From Nannocystis sp. ILAH1 (GTDB lineage: Bacteria > Myxococcota_A > Polyangia > Nannocystales > Nannocystaceae), in assembly GCF_026626585.1 (NCBI RefSeq), contig NZ_JAPNKD010000014.1, forward strand, positions 285,207-349,206: a stretch of 64,000 nt of DNA, given 5' to 3'. This document shows positions 31,807 through 40,525 of this stretch, piece by piece. Each line of letters begins with the position of its first letter. The first letter of the stretch is position 1. Position numbers and translations under genes: made by a program. The notes beneath the pieces are model-generated. The model made no database searches and was not told the DNA's origin. It saw only the letters and a list, made by a program, of their open reading frames with translations.

Positions 31807-33033
31807 TCACTCGCGCGCGGGCAGGGAGTCGAGCAGCTCTTGCAGCGCGCGGGGCAGGGCGGTGAAGCGGACCACCGCGCGGCCCGGGCCGGCGGCGACG
31901 ACCTTGGCGTAGGCGTCGACGCCGGGAAGGGCGGCGAGCACGAGCTTGAGATCGGCGCGCAACGGCAGCGGGGCGGCGACCCGCAGCTCGGCGTTGTGGC
32001 GCTCGTCGTGGGCCACGAGCAGCGCCGGGAACTCCTGGCCGCCGGTGTCCTTGCCCTCGAGCGCGGTGAACACGAGCGGCTGCGGCTCGGCCAGGACCCG
32101 CCACGCGGCGGCCTCTTCGATCATGTGGATGGCGAACGGGCCGTCGACGCCGGTGACGTCGTGGATCGTGATCGGCTCGCGCACGCCCTTGGGCCGGACC
32201 TCGAAGCAGCCGCGGGTGCGGAGGCGGTCGCCGAGGGCCCGTGCGGCCGACTCGGAGATCAGGACCTGGCCGCCGACGGTGTAGCTCTCGATGCGCGACG
32301 TCAGGTTGACGTGGCGGCCGACCACGCCGTACTTGGCGCGGCGGTTCGAGCCGATGTTGCCGACCACGACCTCGCCGGTGTGGACGCCGATGCCCATCTC
32401 GAGCGCGGGCAGGCCGTGCTCGGCCAGCGCGGCGTTGACGCGGCCCATCGCCCGCTGCATGGCGATCGCACAGGCGACCGCGCGCTCGGGGTGGTCCTCC
32501 TGCGGCACCGGGGCGCCGAACACCGCGAGGATGGCGTCGCCGATGAACTCGTTGATCGAGCCGCGGTACTCGCCGATCACGTCGGCCATGGCGCCGAGGT
32601 AGATGTTGAGGATCGCCACCACCTGCTCGGGGCCCAGGCCCTCGCAGAGGGTCGAGAAGCCGCGCAGGTCGGAGATCAGGATCGTCAGGGTGCGCCGCTC
32701 GCCGCCGAGCTGGCGGCCCTCCGGCGAGGCGAGCAACGTATTGACGACCTCGTCGGTGACGTGGCGGCCGAACACCTGGCGGATGAAGGTGTTGCGCAGC
32801 TCGAGCTCGACCACCAGCGCCTCGACTTGCTCGATCTTGACTGCCAGCTGCTCCTCGATCTCGTTGGCGTGCTCGAGCGTCGAGTCGTGCAGCAGCACGA
32901 GGTCGTCGTGCTCGGCCTGCAGGGTGGCGACGGCGGCCATGAACTCGGCGCGCGCGGCCGGGTCGGCCAGGAGCTCGGCCGCGGCGTCGGGGTCGGCGAG
33001 GGCTCGCCGCCAGCGCGGGTCATCCGTGAGCAT
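31807..33033 (-). CDS. Class III adenylate/guanylate cyclase with N-terminal coiled-coil stalk
   Basis: It has the CHD core (RRTLTILISDLRGFS, FIGDAILAVFG, IGVHTGEVVVGNIGS, RAKYGVVGRHVNLTSRIE) and an N-terminal heptad-rich helix. Confidence 0.85.
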   Translation of the reverse strand: MLTDDPRWRRALADPDAAAELLADPAARAEFMAAVATLQAEHDDLVLLHDSTLEHANEIEEQLAVKIEQVEALVVELELRNTFIRQVFGRHVTDEVVNTLLASPEGRQLGGERRTLTILISDLRGFSTLCEGLGPEQVVAILNIYLGAMADVIGEYRGSINEFIGDAILAVFGAPVPQEDHPERAVACAIAMQRAMGRVNAALAEHGLPALEMGIGVHTGEVVVGNIGSNRRAKYGVVGRHVNLTSRIESYTVGGQVLISESAARALGDRLRTRGCFEVRPKGVREPITIHDVTGVDGPFAIHMIEEAAAWRVLAEPQPLVFTALEGKDTGGQEFPALLVAHDERHNAELRVAAPLPLRADLKLVLAALPGVDAYAKVVAAGPGRAVVRFTALPRALQELLDSLPARE

Positions 33034-33045
33034 GCGGCGGCCGGC

Positions 33046-33420
33046 TCAGTCGAGGGCGATGACGATCGTCGGCAGGAACTTCTTGAGGTTGGGCAGCGAC
33101 TTGCCCTGCCACGGGATGGTCGACGAGCCGTGGACCTTGATCTCGGTCTCGCCCTTCTTGCGCGCGGCGATGGCGAACTTGTAGAGCATGTTGATGCCCG
33201 AGCTGTTGAGGAACTGCAGCTCGGTCATGCGCAGGGCGAGCGCGGGGTTGGCCAGCAGGACGCGGTCGAGCAGGTCCTCGATCGGCTTGTACTCGCTGGT
33301 GCTGAGGCGGAGCACGCCCTCGAAGTGGACCGTGCGCGCGGGCGCGTCGAACCACACGCGATAGCCGGGGCCTTTGATGTCGGTGTCCGACCCGGAGGGT
33401 CGCGTAGTTGTGTCCGTCAT
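33046..33420 (-). CDS. DUF1987 (SiaC-like) partner-switch protein
   Basis: The product is 124 aa. It matches the SiaC pattern, with LQFLNSSGINMLYKF versus SiaC LLYLNTSSIKAMMDIL. Its ATG overlaps the upstream stop (ATGA) and it lies 12 nt before the cyclase start. Confidence 0.7.
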   Translation of the reverse strand: MTDTTTRPSGSDTDIKGPGYRVWFDAPARTVHFEGVLRLSTSEYKPIEDLLDRVLLANPALALRMTELQFLNSSGINMLYKFAIAARKKGETEIKVHGSSTIPWQGKSLPNLKKFLPTIVIALD

Positions 33421-33980
33421 GACGATTTCACCTGTAGCCGGGCGGCGGTCTTGAGGAGCGCGTTGTCAGGATTGCCAGGGGCGGGGTCGAAGCGCCAGCC
33501 GAGCCGGGCCTTGTAGTCCGACAGCATGGTGAGAAAGCCCAGGCCCGAGGTCGTGAGTTCGGGGTTGGCGGCGTTCTCCTCGACCCGCTGCATCAGGAGC
33601 TCGGCGGGATCGCCGTCGAGCAGCTCGGCGAACTTGATACGCAGGCCGTCGACCGCGTCGCCGCAGACCTGGTTGCTGACGACGACCACGAACTCGCCCG
33701 CCTCGACGCCCGCGTCGATGACGACGGTGCCGCCGGCGCAGAACTTGACCGCGTTCTCGATCAGCTCGTTGAGCACGTAGCCGACGCTGCCGACGAAGTC
33801 GCGCCGCTCGGCCTCCTCGGTGAGCCCGCCCTCGCCGACGTCGGCGAAGTACTCGGCGAAGAAGTCGGCCGCCACGCTGCACTGGTTCCACTTGACCGGG
33901 AACGCCCCGGGGTAAAACGTCAGCATGACGCGCGGTCCAGCGTCGGTGGGCTCTTTGTACTCGCCGATGATGCCGTCCAT
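33417..33980 (-). CDS. RsbW/SiaB-like GHKL serine protein kinase
   Basis: It has a GHKL N-box (VLNELIENAVKF) and G-box (TSGLGFL). The product is 187 aa with a GGAG SD. Confidence 0.65.
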   Translation of the reverse strand: MDGIIGEYKEPTDAGPRVMLTFYPGAFPVKWNQCSVAADFFAEYFADVGEGGLTEEAERRDFVGSVGYVLNELIENAVKFCAGGTVVIDAGVEAGEFVVVVSNQVCGDAVDGLRIKFAELLDGDPAELLMQRVEENAANPELTTSGLGFLTMLSDYKARLGWRFDPAPGNPDNALLKTAARLQVKSS

Positions 33981-34003
33981 ACTCTCCGTCCGCCTAGAGC
34001 GCC

Positions 34004-36364
34004 TCAGCGCCGCTTGATCACCACCGTCGTGATGTCGTCGAAGACCTTCTGCGCGCCGATGAAGCGCATGACGTCGTCGACGATCGCCTGCTTGATCTCC
34101 GCCGCCGGCCGCTCGTGGACCCGGCGCACCACCTCGCACAGGCGATCGATGCCGTACAGCTCGCCGTGGATGTCCTCCGCCTCGGTTATGCCGTCAGTGT
34201 ACAGGACGACGACATCGCCCGGCGACAGGCGCAGCTCGGTGCGGGCGATGAACGCGGCGATGTCGACCTCGAGCCCCACCGGCATGCCGAGGTCGACCGT
34301 GTCGATGCGCTCGATCGAGCCGCCCCGCCGGACCACCACCGCCTCCTCGTGCTGTCCGGTGAGGCGGAGCACGCCCTGCGCGTAGTCGAGGAGCACCAGC
34401 GTCGCGGTGCGGTCGAGGCCGACGCGCTGGATGTTCTGATAGAGGACCTTGTTGACGATGTTGAGGAAGCGCTCCGCGTCGCGCTCCTCGGCGGCCTGCA
34501 GGGTGCGCACGGCCGTCTGGATCATCAGCATCAGCACGCCGCTCTCGAGGCCGTGGCCGGTGACGTCGCCGATGCCGATCTTGACGCCGTCGCCGGCGCG
34601 CAGGACGTCGTAGTAGTCGCCGCCGACCTCGTCCGCGGGCCGCATGTAGCCGGCGACGTCCAGGCCCTCGAGCTCGGCCAGCTCGCGCTCTTGCGGCAGC
34701 ACCATGAGCTGCAGCCGGCGGGCGACGTCGAGCTCGGCGCCGAGGCGCAGGTTCTCCTGCTTGAGCCGCTCGTTGAGCGCCATGATCTCGCGGGAGGCCC
34801 GCTGCAGCTCGGCGGTGCGCTGCTCGACCAGCCGCTCGAGATCGTGCGTATACGCGCGGATCTCGGCGGCCATCTGGTTGAAGGCGCGGCCGAGCGCGCC
34901 GAACTCGTCGTCGCTGCGCACGTCGACCCGCACGTCGTAGTCCTTCTGCGCGATCTTGCCGGCGCCCGCGGCGAGGTCGACCAGCGCGCCGGTCATGCGT
35001 CGCGAGACCAGGAGGATCCCGAACATCACGACCGCGAGCGCGACCAGAGTGATGACGATCTGGCTGATGAGGATCCCGCGGCTGCTGGCGGCGATGGTGT
35101 CCTGCGCCTTGTGCAGCGAGGCGTAGATCTCGGCGGCAGGCACGACGAAGCCGAGGGTCCAGCGCTCCGGCACGATGTCGGTCGAACCCGACCAGACGTT
35201 GAACGGATCGAGCCGCTTGAGCACGACGACGTAGTCCTTGCCGCCGATCGCTACCGGGTCGCGGTAGTCGACGGTATCGCCGCTGGGCAGCGCGAGCGCC
35301 TGGATCGCCGGGTCGCGCGACTGGTGCAGGAACTGTTGGAAGATGTCGACGCCGGCACCCGACGAGCCGCTGGCCTGCTGCAGGCCGAGGATCTCCTGGC
35401 CGTCGGCGTTGACGGCGAACACGTTGCCGTTCTCCTGGGCGAGGAAGGCGAAGCCCGAGCCGGCGAGCTCGAGGTCCTGGACGTAGCGGATCAATTGACC
35501 GAGGGTGACGTCGACGCCGACGGCCCCGGCGAAGCGCGCGCGCGAGGCGTCCCACAGCGGCTGGAACATGGTCATGATGGCCCCGCTGCCGCCCGCGTCG
35601 GTGTACGGCGCGGTGCCGGTGACCTGCGCCGCCGGGTCGCGCATGCGCGCGGGATCGGCGAGCCAGCGCCGCCAGCCGTCGACGATGCCGGGGAAGTAGA
35701 AGCTCCAGAACGGGCTCTTGTTGTGGCCGGGATAGAGCTGGTCGGCGTGGCCCGCAGCGTCGGCGTAAGGGGCGATCCGCAGGTACTCGGCGCCCTCCGG
35801 GCCGATGAAGTACATGGCCTGCTTCTCGGCCCCGTACTGCAGCAGCGCGGGCAGCAGCAGGTCGAGCAGGGCGGTCTGCTCGACTGCGGCGCGGACCTCG
35901 GGCTTGATGTCCCGAAGGCCAGGTTGCTTCGGGTCGGCCGGCGCGTGCAGGTAGCCCCACACTGCCACAGCCGACGGCTCACCGGCCTCGGTCTGCGACC
36001 AGTCGCCGCGCGGGTCATAGACGAGGGCGTCGCGCAGCGGCCCGGCAGCAGCGGCGGCGGCGGTCAGCGGCGCAAGGTCGGCCTGCCGATCGATGAGCGT
36101 CTGGGTGACTGCAGCGAGCACGCCGAGCTCGGCCCGCGCCCGCCCGCGCAGGAATTCGACGCGCTGCGCGGTGTCCTCGATGTGGTTGGTGAGGTACTCG
36201 CGGCTGGCCCGCTCGAGGCCCTTGCGGATCTCCTCCGATGCGTCGCCGCCGAGCACGCGGATGCCCTTCAGCGAGGCCAGCGCCGCGAGCGTCAGCCCGA
36301 TCACCAGCCCGACCCCGGCAACGAGGACGAACTTGGTGCGGAACCTTGAGCCCGTGGTGGCCAT
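34004..36364 (-). CDS. Membrane-bound sensor phosphatase: periplasmic sensor domain - HAMP - PP2C/SpoIIE (SiaA-like architecture)
   Basis: Two TM helices bracket a roughly 300 aa periplasmic domain. A HAMP domain (DDEFGALGRAFNQMAAEIR) precedes a C-terminal PP2C/SpoIIE domain (GDYYDV...GDVTGHG...LYTDGITEA). Confidence 0.8.
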   Translation of the reverse strand: MATTGSRFRTKFVLVAGVGLVIGLTLAALASLKGIRVLGGDASEEIRKGLERASREYLTNHIEDTAQRVEFLRGRARAELGVLAAVTQTLIDRQADLAPLTAAAAAAGPLRDALVYDPRGDWSQTEAGEPSAVAVWGYLHAPADPKQPGLRDIKPEVRAAVEQTALLDLLLPALLQYGAEKQAMYFIGPEGAEYLRIAPYADAAGHADQLYPGHNKSPFWSFYFPGIVDGWRRWLADPARMRDPAAQVTGTAPYTDAGGSGAIMTMFQPLWDASRARFAGAVGVDVTLGQLIRYVQDLELAGSGFAFLAQENGNVFAVNADGQEILGLQQASGSSGAGVDIFQQFLHQSRDPAIQALALPSGDTVDYRDPVAIGGKDYVVVLKRLDPFNVWSGSTDIVPERWTLGFVVPAAEIYASLHKAQDTIAASSRGILISQIVITLVALAVVMFGILLVSRRMTGALVDLAAGAGKIAQKDYDVRVDVRSDDEFGALGRAFNQMAAEIRAYTHDLERLVEQRTAELQRASREIMALNERLKQENLRLGAELDVARRLQLMVLPQERELAELEGLDVAGYMRPADEVGGDYYDVLRAGDGVKIGIGDVTGHGLESGVLMLMIQTAVRTLQAAEERDAERFLNIVNKVLYQNIQRVGLDRTATLVLLDYAQGVLRLTGQHEEAVVVRRGGSIERIDTVDLGMPVGLEVDIAAFIARTELRLSPGDVVVLYTDGITEAEDIHGELYGIDRLCEVVRRVHERPAAEIKQAIVDDVMRFIGAQKVFDDITTVVIKRR

Positions 36365-36384
36365 GCGGTCGAGCGGCGAAACCG

Positions 36385-37557
36385 TCAGCGCTCCGGTTTG
36401 CGGCCGGAGGCGACGTAGATCGGCCAGGTGGCGAAGCCGCGGCGGCTGCGGATCGCGTAGACGTGATCGCGGAAGCCCATGCGCAGGCGCTCGACCACCT
36501 CCGGCGGCTGCTGCGTGGCGGTCGACAGCTCGCCGGTGACGTACTCCTCCCAGCTCTCGATCACCCGCGCGAAGTCGTCGATCGCGGTGTTGTTGTTGGT
36601 GATCGGGATCTGCTCCATGCGCACGTCCTCGAAGCCCATGTCGGTCAGCAGCGAGAACATCTTGGGCCCGAAGTTCATGTCCATGCCGAGGCTCTGGGCG
36701 ATCTTCACGGCGTGCTGGTAGGTCCACGCGACCGACTCGTGGCGCGGGTAGCCGTAGTTGTGCACCGTCATCTCGTTGGTCAGGTAGACCCGACCGCCGG
36801 GTTTACAGATCCGCACCAGCTCGCGCAAGATGCTCGACGGATCGTTGAAGATCTGCAGCGCCAGGCGCGAGGTGACGAAGTCGAAGCTGTTCGACGGCAA
36901 GAACAGGTGGGTCGCGTCGCCGAACTGATACTCGATGTCGGTGATGCCGAACTCGCGGGCCATCTGCTGCGCGTATTGAAGGAAGGGCCGCGAGTGGTCG
37001 ACGCCGACGATGTACGCGGGCTCGAACTCCTTGTAGACGAGCACCGCGAAGTCGCCGATCCCGCAGCAGATGTCGGCGATCCGCATGCGCTTGCCGAGGC
37101 CGTGGCGGCGCAGCAGCTCGCGCTCGTGCGACCACACGATGTTGGTCTGGGTGCGCAGGACCGGCACGAGCTGGTCGTTCTCGATGACGCCCTGGCCGGG
37201 GTAAAACGCCTTGTCGTACTGCTCGACGATGGTGTTGCCGAACTGCGCGCCGAGGAAGCCGAAGCGCAGCGGCGCCCACGGGACGACGCTCGAGACGACG
37301 AGCTTGAGCTTGAGGCTCGGGTGGCGCTCGGCGCAGGCGGCGATGAAGCGCGCGAGCTCGAGGAAGCCGGTGTGGTTGAGGTAACGCAGGCGCTTGAAGT
37401 TGAGGTAGAGGACGCCGCGCACGGCGTCGGCGGCGTGGTCGAGGCGCGCCCGCACCGGCGCGAACGCCTCGGGGCCGGCGGGCCGCAGCGTCCCCTCGAG
37501 CGCGACCTCCTGGTCGTTCTCGCTGAAGCGGATCGAAAACGGTTGCTCGTTCTCCAT
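36385..37557 (-). CDS. Fusion protein: N-terminal DUF1987/SiaC-like domain + class I SAM-dependent methyltransferase
   Basis: The N-terminal 110 aa show the DUF1987-like pattern (FSIRFSENDQEVALEG...LYLNFKRLRYLNHTGFLEL). MTase motifs I (IADICCGIGDFA), post-I (VGVDHS) and III (CKPGGRVYL) follow. Confidence 0.65.
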   Translation of the reverse strand: MENEQPFSIRFSENDQEVALEGTLRPAGPEAFAPVRARLDHAADAVRGVLYLNFKRLRYLNHTGFLELARFIAACAERHPSLKLKLVVSSVVPWAPLRFGFLGAQFGNTIVEQYDKAFYPGQGVIENDQLVPVLRTQTNIVWSHERELLRRHGLGKRMRIADICCGIGDFAVLVYKEFEPAYIVGVDHSRPFLQYAQQMAREFGITDIEYQFGDATHLFLPSNSFDFVTSRLALQIFNDPSSILRELVRICKPGGRVYLTNEMTVHNYGYPRHESVAWTYQHAVKIAQSLGMDMNFGPKMFSLLTDMGFEDVRMEQIPITNNNTAIDDFARVIESWEEYVTGELSTATQQPPEVVERLRMGFRDHVYAIRSRRGFATWPIYVASGRKPER

Positions 37558-37569
37558 ACCCAGCTCGGC

Positions 37570-38076
37570 TCACTCGTGCGGGACAGTAAGGACGATGACG
37601 CCGGCGCCGTCGCCCTCGCGCAGCGTGAGCTCGACGCCGTGGAGCGCGACCAATTCGAGCAGCCCGACCTCGGCCGGCGGACGCAGGATCATCGACTCGA
37701 ACTCGGCCTCGTAGCGCGCGCGCGCGTCCGCCGGCGCGACCCGCCCGAGGTCGTCGCGCAGCCGCTGCGCGAGCGCCTCGTCGGTCGGTATCGTCAGCTC
37801 GGCGATCACGTGCTCGTCCGTGCGCCCGACCTCGACCACGATCTCGCCCTCGCTCGGCCGGGCGCGGAACACGTACTCGAGCACCTCGTTGAGATAGGTC
37901 GAGAGGCGCGTGGTCAGCTGCTCGGGATCGAAGCGATCGGAGGCGACGAAGCGCGCGATGTAATCGGCCAGCCGCTGGCAGTGCGTCCAGCTGTCATATA
38001 GCCCGCGGACGCTGATCCGGAGGGTGAGGATCGGGCTCGGGCCGGGAGGTGAGGGGGGCGCGAGGTCGGAGGTCAT
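37570..38076 (-). CDS. Small GHKL/RsbW-like protein (tentative second SiaB-like kinase)
   Basis: The 168 aa product has an N-box-like LNEVLEYVFR, then a beta-rich segment. It is the first gene of the operon. The family call is tentative. Confidence 0.4.
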   Translation of the reverse strand: MTSDLAPPSPPGPSPILTLRISVRGLYDSWTHCQRLADYIARFVASDRFDPEQLTTRLSTYLNEVLEYVFRARPSEGEIVVEVGRTDEHVIAELTIPTDEALAQRLRDDLGRVAPADARARYEAEFESMILRPPAEVGLLELVALHGVELTLREGDGAGVIVLTVPHE

Positions 38077-38345
38077 GCCGGGGCGAGGGCGTGAGAGGGG
38101 CAGCAGGCGCGCCTCGCCCGGATCCGGGCACGGACGGCGCCTCGGGTCACGGTATCACGAAGCCGCCGCGGCCGGCCGCGAGCCGCGGACGCGTGGCCGG
38201 ACGCAGGGGCGCGCCCGAAGCCCGAGTCCGCGCGCGGACGTGCGCCGGCGCAGACGCCCCGCGCCGGCGCGAAAAAAGCTCGCGGGCCTCGGGAACAAGC
38301 CCCAAAAGGCCGTGTCCGAGGCGCCACACGACCGGGGCAAGGACG

Positions 38346-40451
38346 ATGACAACGACCAAGACGCTCGCCATCAAAGTGTTTTACGGCGATCAGCTCGTCG
38401 ATACGCAGACGCTGACGCAAGACGTTATCAAGATCGGAAAACTGAAGAGTAGCCACATCTGTCTGGATGACGAGGCCGTGGCCCGCATGCACGCCGTGAT
38501 CGAGGTGTCCGGCGAGGAGGTGCGGGTGATCGATCTCGGGAGCGCGGCGGGCACCGTGCTCAACGGCCAGCGGATCGACAAGAACGCGGTGCTGCACGAC
38601 GGCGACGCCTTGAACTTCGGGCCGTACCGCCTCGAGGTCGGCTTCGCCAAGCAGCAGGTCGCGGCTGCGCCGGCGCCGGCGCAGGTGGCCGCGCCGGTGG
38701 CCGTGGCGGCGGCCGCGGTCGCGGCGGCTCCGCTCGCTGCGGCGCCGATGGCGACGCGGGCCCCGATCCAGATCGACCTCAGCGAGGTCGAGGTTCAGAG
38801 CGGCTCGCGGGTGGCCGAGGTCGTGGCGATGTACGGCTCGACGGTGCTCGACGTGCAGCACGTCGGCCAGCTGAAGAACCGCAAGTCGCAGGCGCCCATT
38901 TTCCTCGCCATCGGCGGCGTGATGCTGGTCGCCGGCGTGGGCGTGTTCTTCAGCGACGTGAACCAGGACTGGGCCGGCTACGGCAAGAAGGTCCAGGACT
39001 CGATCGAGCAGGGCACGCCGCGCCCGACCCCGCCCGGAAACGGCCTGGCGGCGATCGGCATGCTGCTGGCGATCGCGGGCCTCGTGCCGTTCAGCATGGG
39101 CCTCATCCGCACCGGCGACTACGTCAACAAGAACTTCACGATCGGCGAGGGCCACGGCGCGTCGTTCCACGTGCCGCCCGCCGGCCTGCCCGAGCCCAAC
39201 GGCTTCCCGCTGGTCCGCGGCAGCGACCACGAGTTCGCGCTCAACTTCACGCAGAACATGAGCGGCGAGGTCACCTTCGACGGCCAGACGATCACGCTGC
39301 AGCAGCTGGTCGCGACCGGCCGCGCGGGCTCGCAGGGCTCGTCGTTCAGCTTCCCGCTGCCGCCCGGAGCGACGGCGCGGGTCAAGTACCAGGACGTCAC
39401 CTTCTACGTGAACTCGGTCGCGCCGGGCGCGGTGATCAAGGGCGGCAGCGAGACCGACAAGCCGTTCTGGATCTACAACGGCGCGTCGTTCGTGGTCATC
39501 GGCAGCTTGCTGGTGCTCACGCACCTGATCCCCAACGAGGCCGGCAACCTCAGCCTCGACGAGATGATGGAAGAGAACCGCTTCGTCGGTTACCTCAACC
39601 AGCCCGACAAGCCGCCGGAGGAGGAGGAGCCGCCGCCGGAGGACATGGAGAACTCCGACGACGAGGCCGGCGGCACCGGTCAGCGCCACAAGGGCGAGGA
39701 GGGCAAGATGGGCAAGCCCACCTCGAAGAGCAAGTCGGGCCTCTACGCCATGAAGGGCCCCAAGGACGCCATCCCGCAGATGGCCCGTAACTTCGACCCC
39801 GACATGGCCGCGCGCCAGGCCGGCATCCTCGGGGTGATGAGCGCCGAGAGCGGCCACTTCCTCGCCTCGCCGTACGGCGGCGCGTTCGCGGTCGGCAACG
39901 ACGACGCGGACGTGTGGGGCGGCCTCACCGGCACGGAGGTCGGCGAGGCGTACGGCGTCGGCGGCCTCGGCCTGGTCGGCACCGGCCGCGGCGGCGGTGG
40001 CACCGGCGAGGGCACGATCGGCCTCGGCAACACGGGCCTCATCGGCAAGGGCGGCGGCGGCGGCACGGGCTCCGGCTACGGCCGTGGCGCTGGCGCCGGC
40101 TTCGGCGGCCGCGGCACTCGCGTCCCGACGGTCCGTCAGGCCAAGGCCGAGGTCCAGGGCGCGCTCGACAAGGACATCATCCGCCGCATCGTCCGCGCGC
40201 ACATCAACGAGGTCCGCTACTGCTACAACCAGGCCCTCGCCCGCGACCCCAACGCCAAGGGCCGCGTCGCCGTCCAGTTCACCATCGGCGGCACCGGCAA
40301 GGTGCCCACCGCGGTGGTCCAGGAGAGCACGATGAAGGACCCGGCGGTCGGCTCCTGCATCGCCCAGGCGGTCAAGCGCTGGACCTTCCCCAAGCCGGAG
40401 GGCGGCGGCTCGGTCATCGTCTCGTACCCGTTCGTCCTCGAGCCGGGTTGA
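38346..40451 (+). CDS. FHA-domain protein with AgmX/PglI-type C-terminal domain (myxobacterial)
   Basis: The N-terminal FHA domain (IKIGKLKSSHICLDDEAVARMHAVIE...VIDLGSAAGTVLNGQRI) is followed by a TM region, a Gly-rich segment and a C-terminal domain (IIRRIVRAHINEVRYCYNQAL...VQFTIGGTGKV...SYPFVLEP). Confidence 0.75.
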   Translation: MTTTKTLAIKVFYGDQLVDTQTLTQDVIKIGKLKSSHICLDDEAVARMHAVIEVSGEEVRVIDLGSAAGTVLNGQRIDKNAVLHDGDALNFGPYRLEVGFAKQQVAAAPAPAQVAAPVAVAAAAVAAAPLAAAPMATRAPIQIDLSEVEVQSGSRVAEVVAMYGSTVLDVQHVGQLKNRKSQAPIFLAIGGVMLVAGVGVFFSDVNQDWAGYGKKVQDSIEQGTPRPTPPGNGLAAIGMLLAIAGLVPFSMGLIRTGDYVNKNFTIGEGHGASFHVPPAGLPEPNGFPLVRGSDHEFALNFTQNMSGEVTFDGQTITLQQLVATGRAGSQGSSFSFPLPPGATARVKYQDVTFYVNSVAPGAVIKGGSETDKPFWIYNGASFVVIGSLLVLTHLIPNEAGNLSLDEMMEENRFVGYLNQPDKPPEEEEPPPEDMENSDDEAGGTGQRHKGEEGKMGKPTSKSKSGLYAMKGPKDAIPQMARNFDPDMAARQAGILGVMSAESGHFLASPYGGAFAVGNDDADVWGGLTGTEVGEAYGVGGLGLVGTGRGGGGTGEGTIGLGNTGLIGKGGGGGTGSGYGRGAGAGFGGRGTRVPTVRQAKAEVQGALDKDIIRRIVRAHINEVRYCYNQALARDPNAKGRVAVQFTIGGTGKVPTAVVQESTMKDPAVGSCIAQAVKRWTFPKPEGGGSVIVSYPFVLEPG

Positions 40452-40491
40452 TCGGCGAGGCTGTCCCGAAGGACAGCCTGTCTCGAAGGCC

Positions 40492-40525
40492 AGGAGGCCC
40501 GGCGCACGCCGGGCCTTCGGCGCTT
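40492..40525 (+). terminator. Candidate intrinsic terminator after the FHA gene
   Basis: GGCCCGGCG-cac-GCCGGGCC forms a 9-bp perfect stem. It is followed by the T-rich ttcggcgctttctc. Confidence 0.45.
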
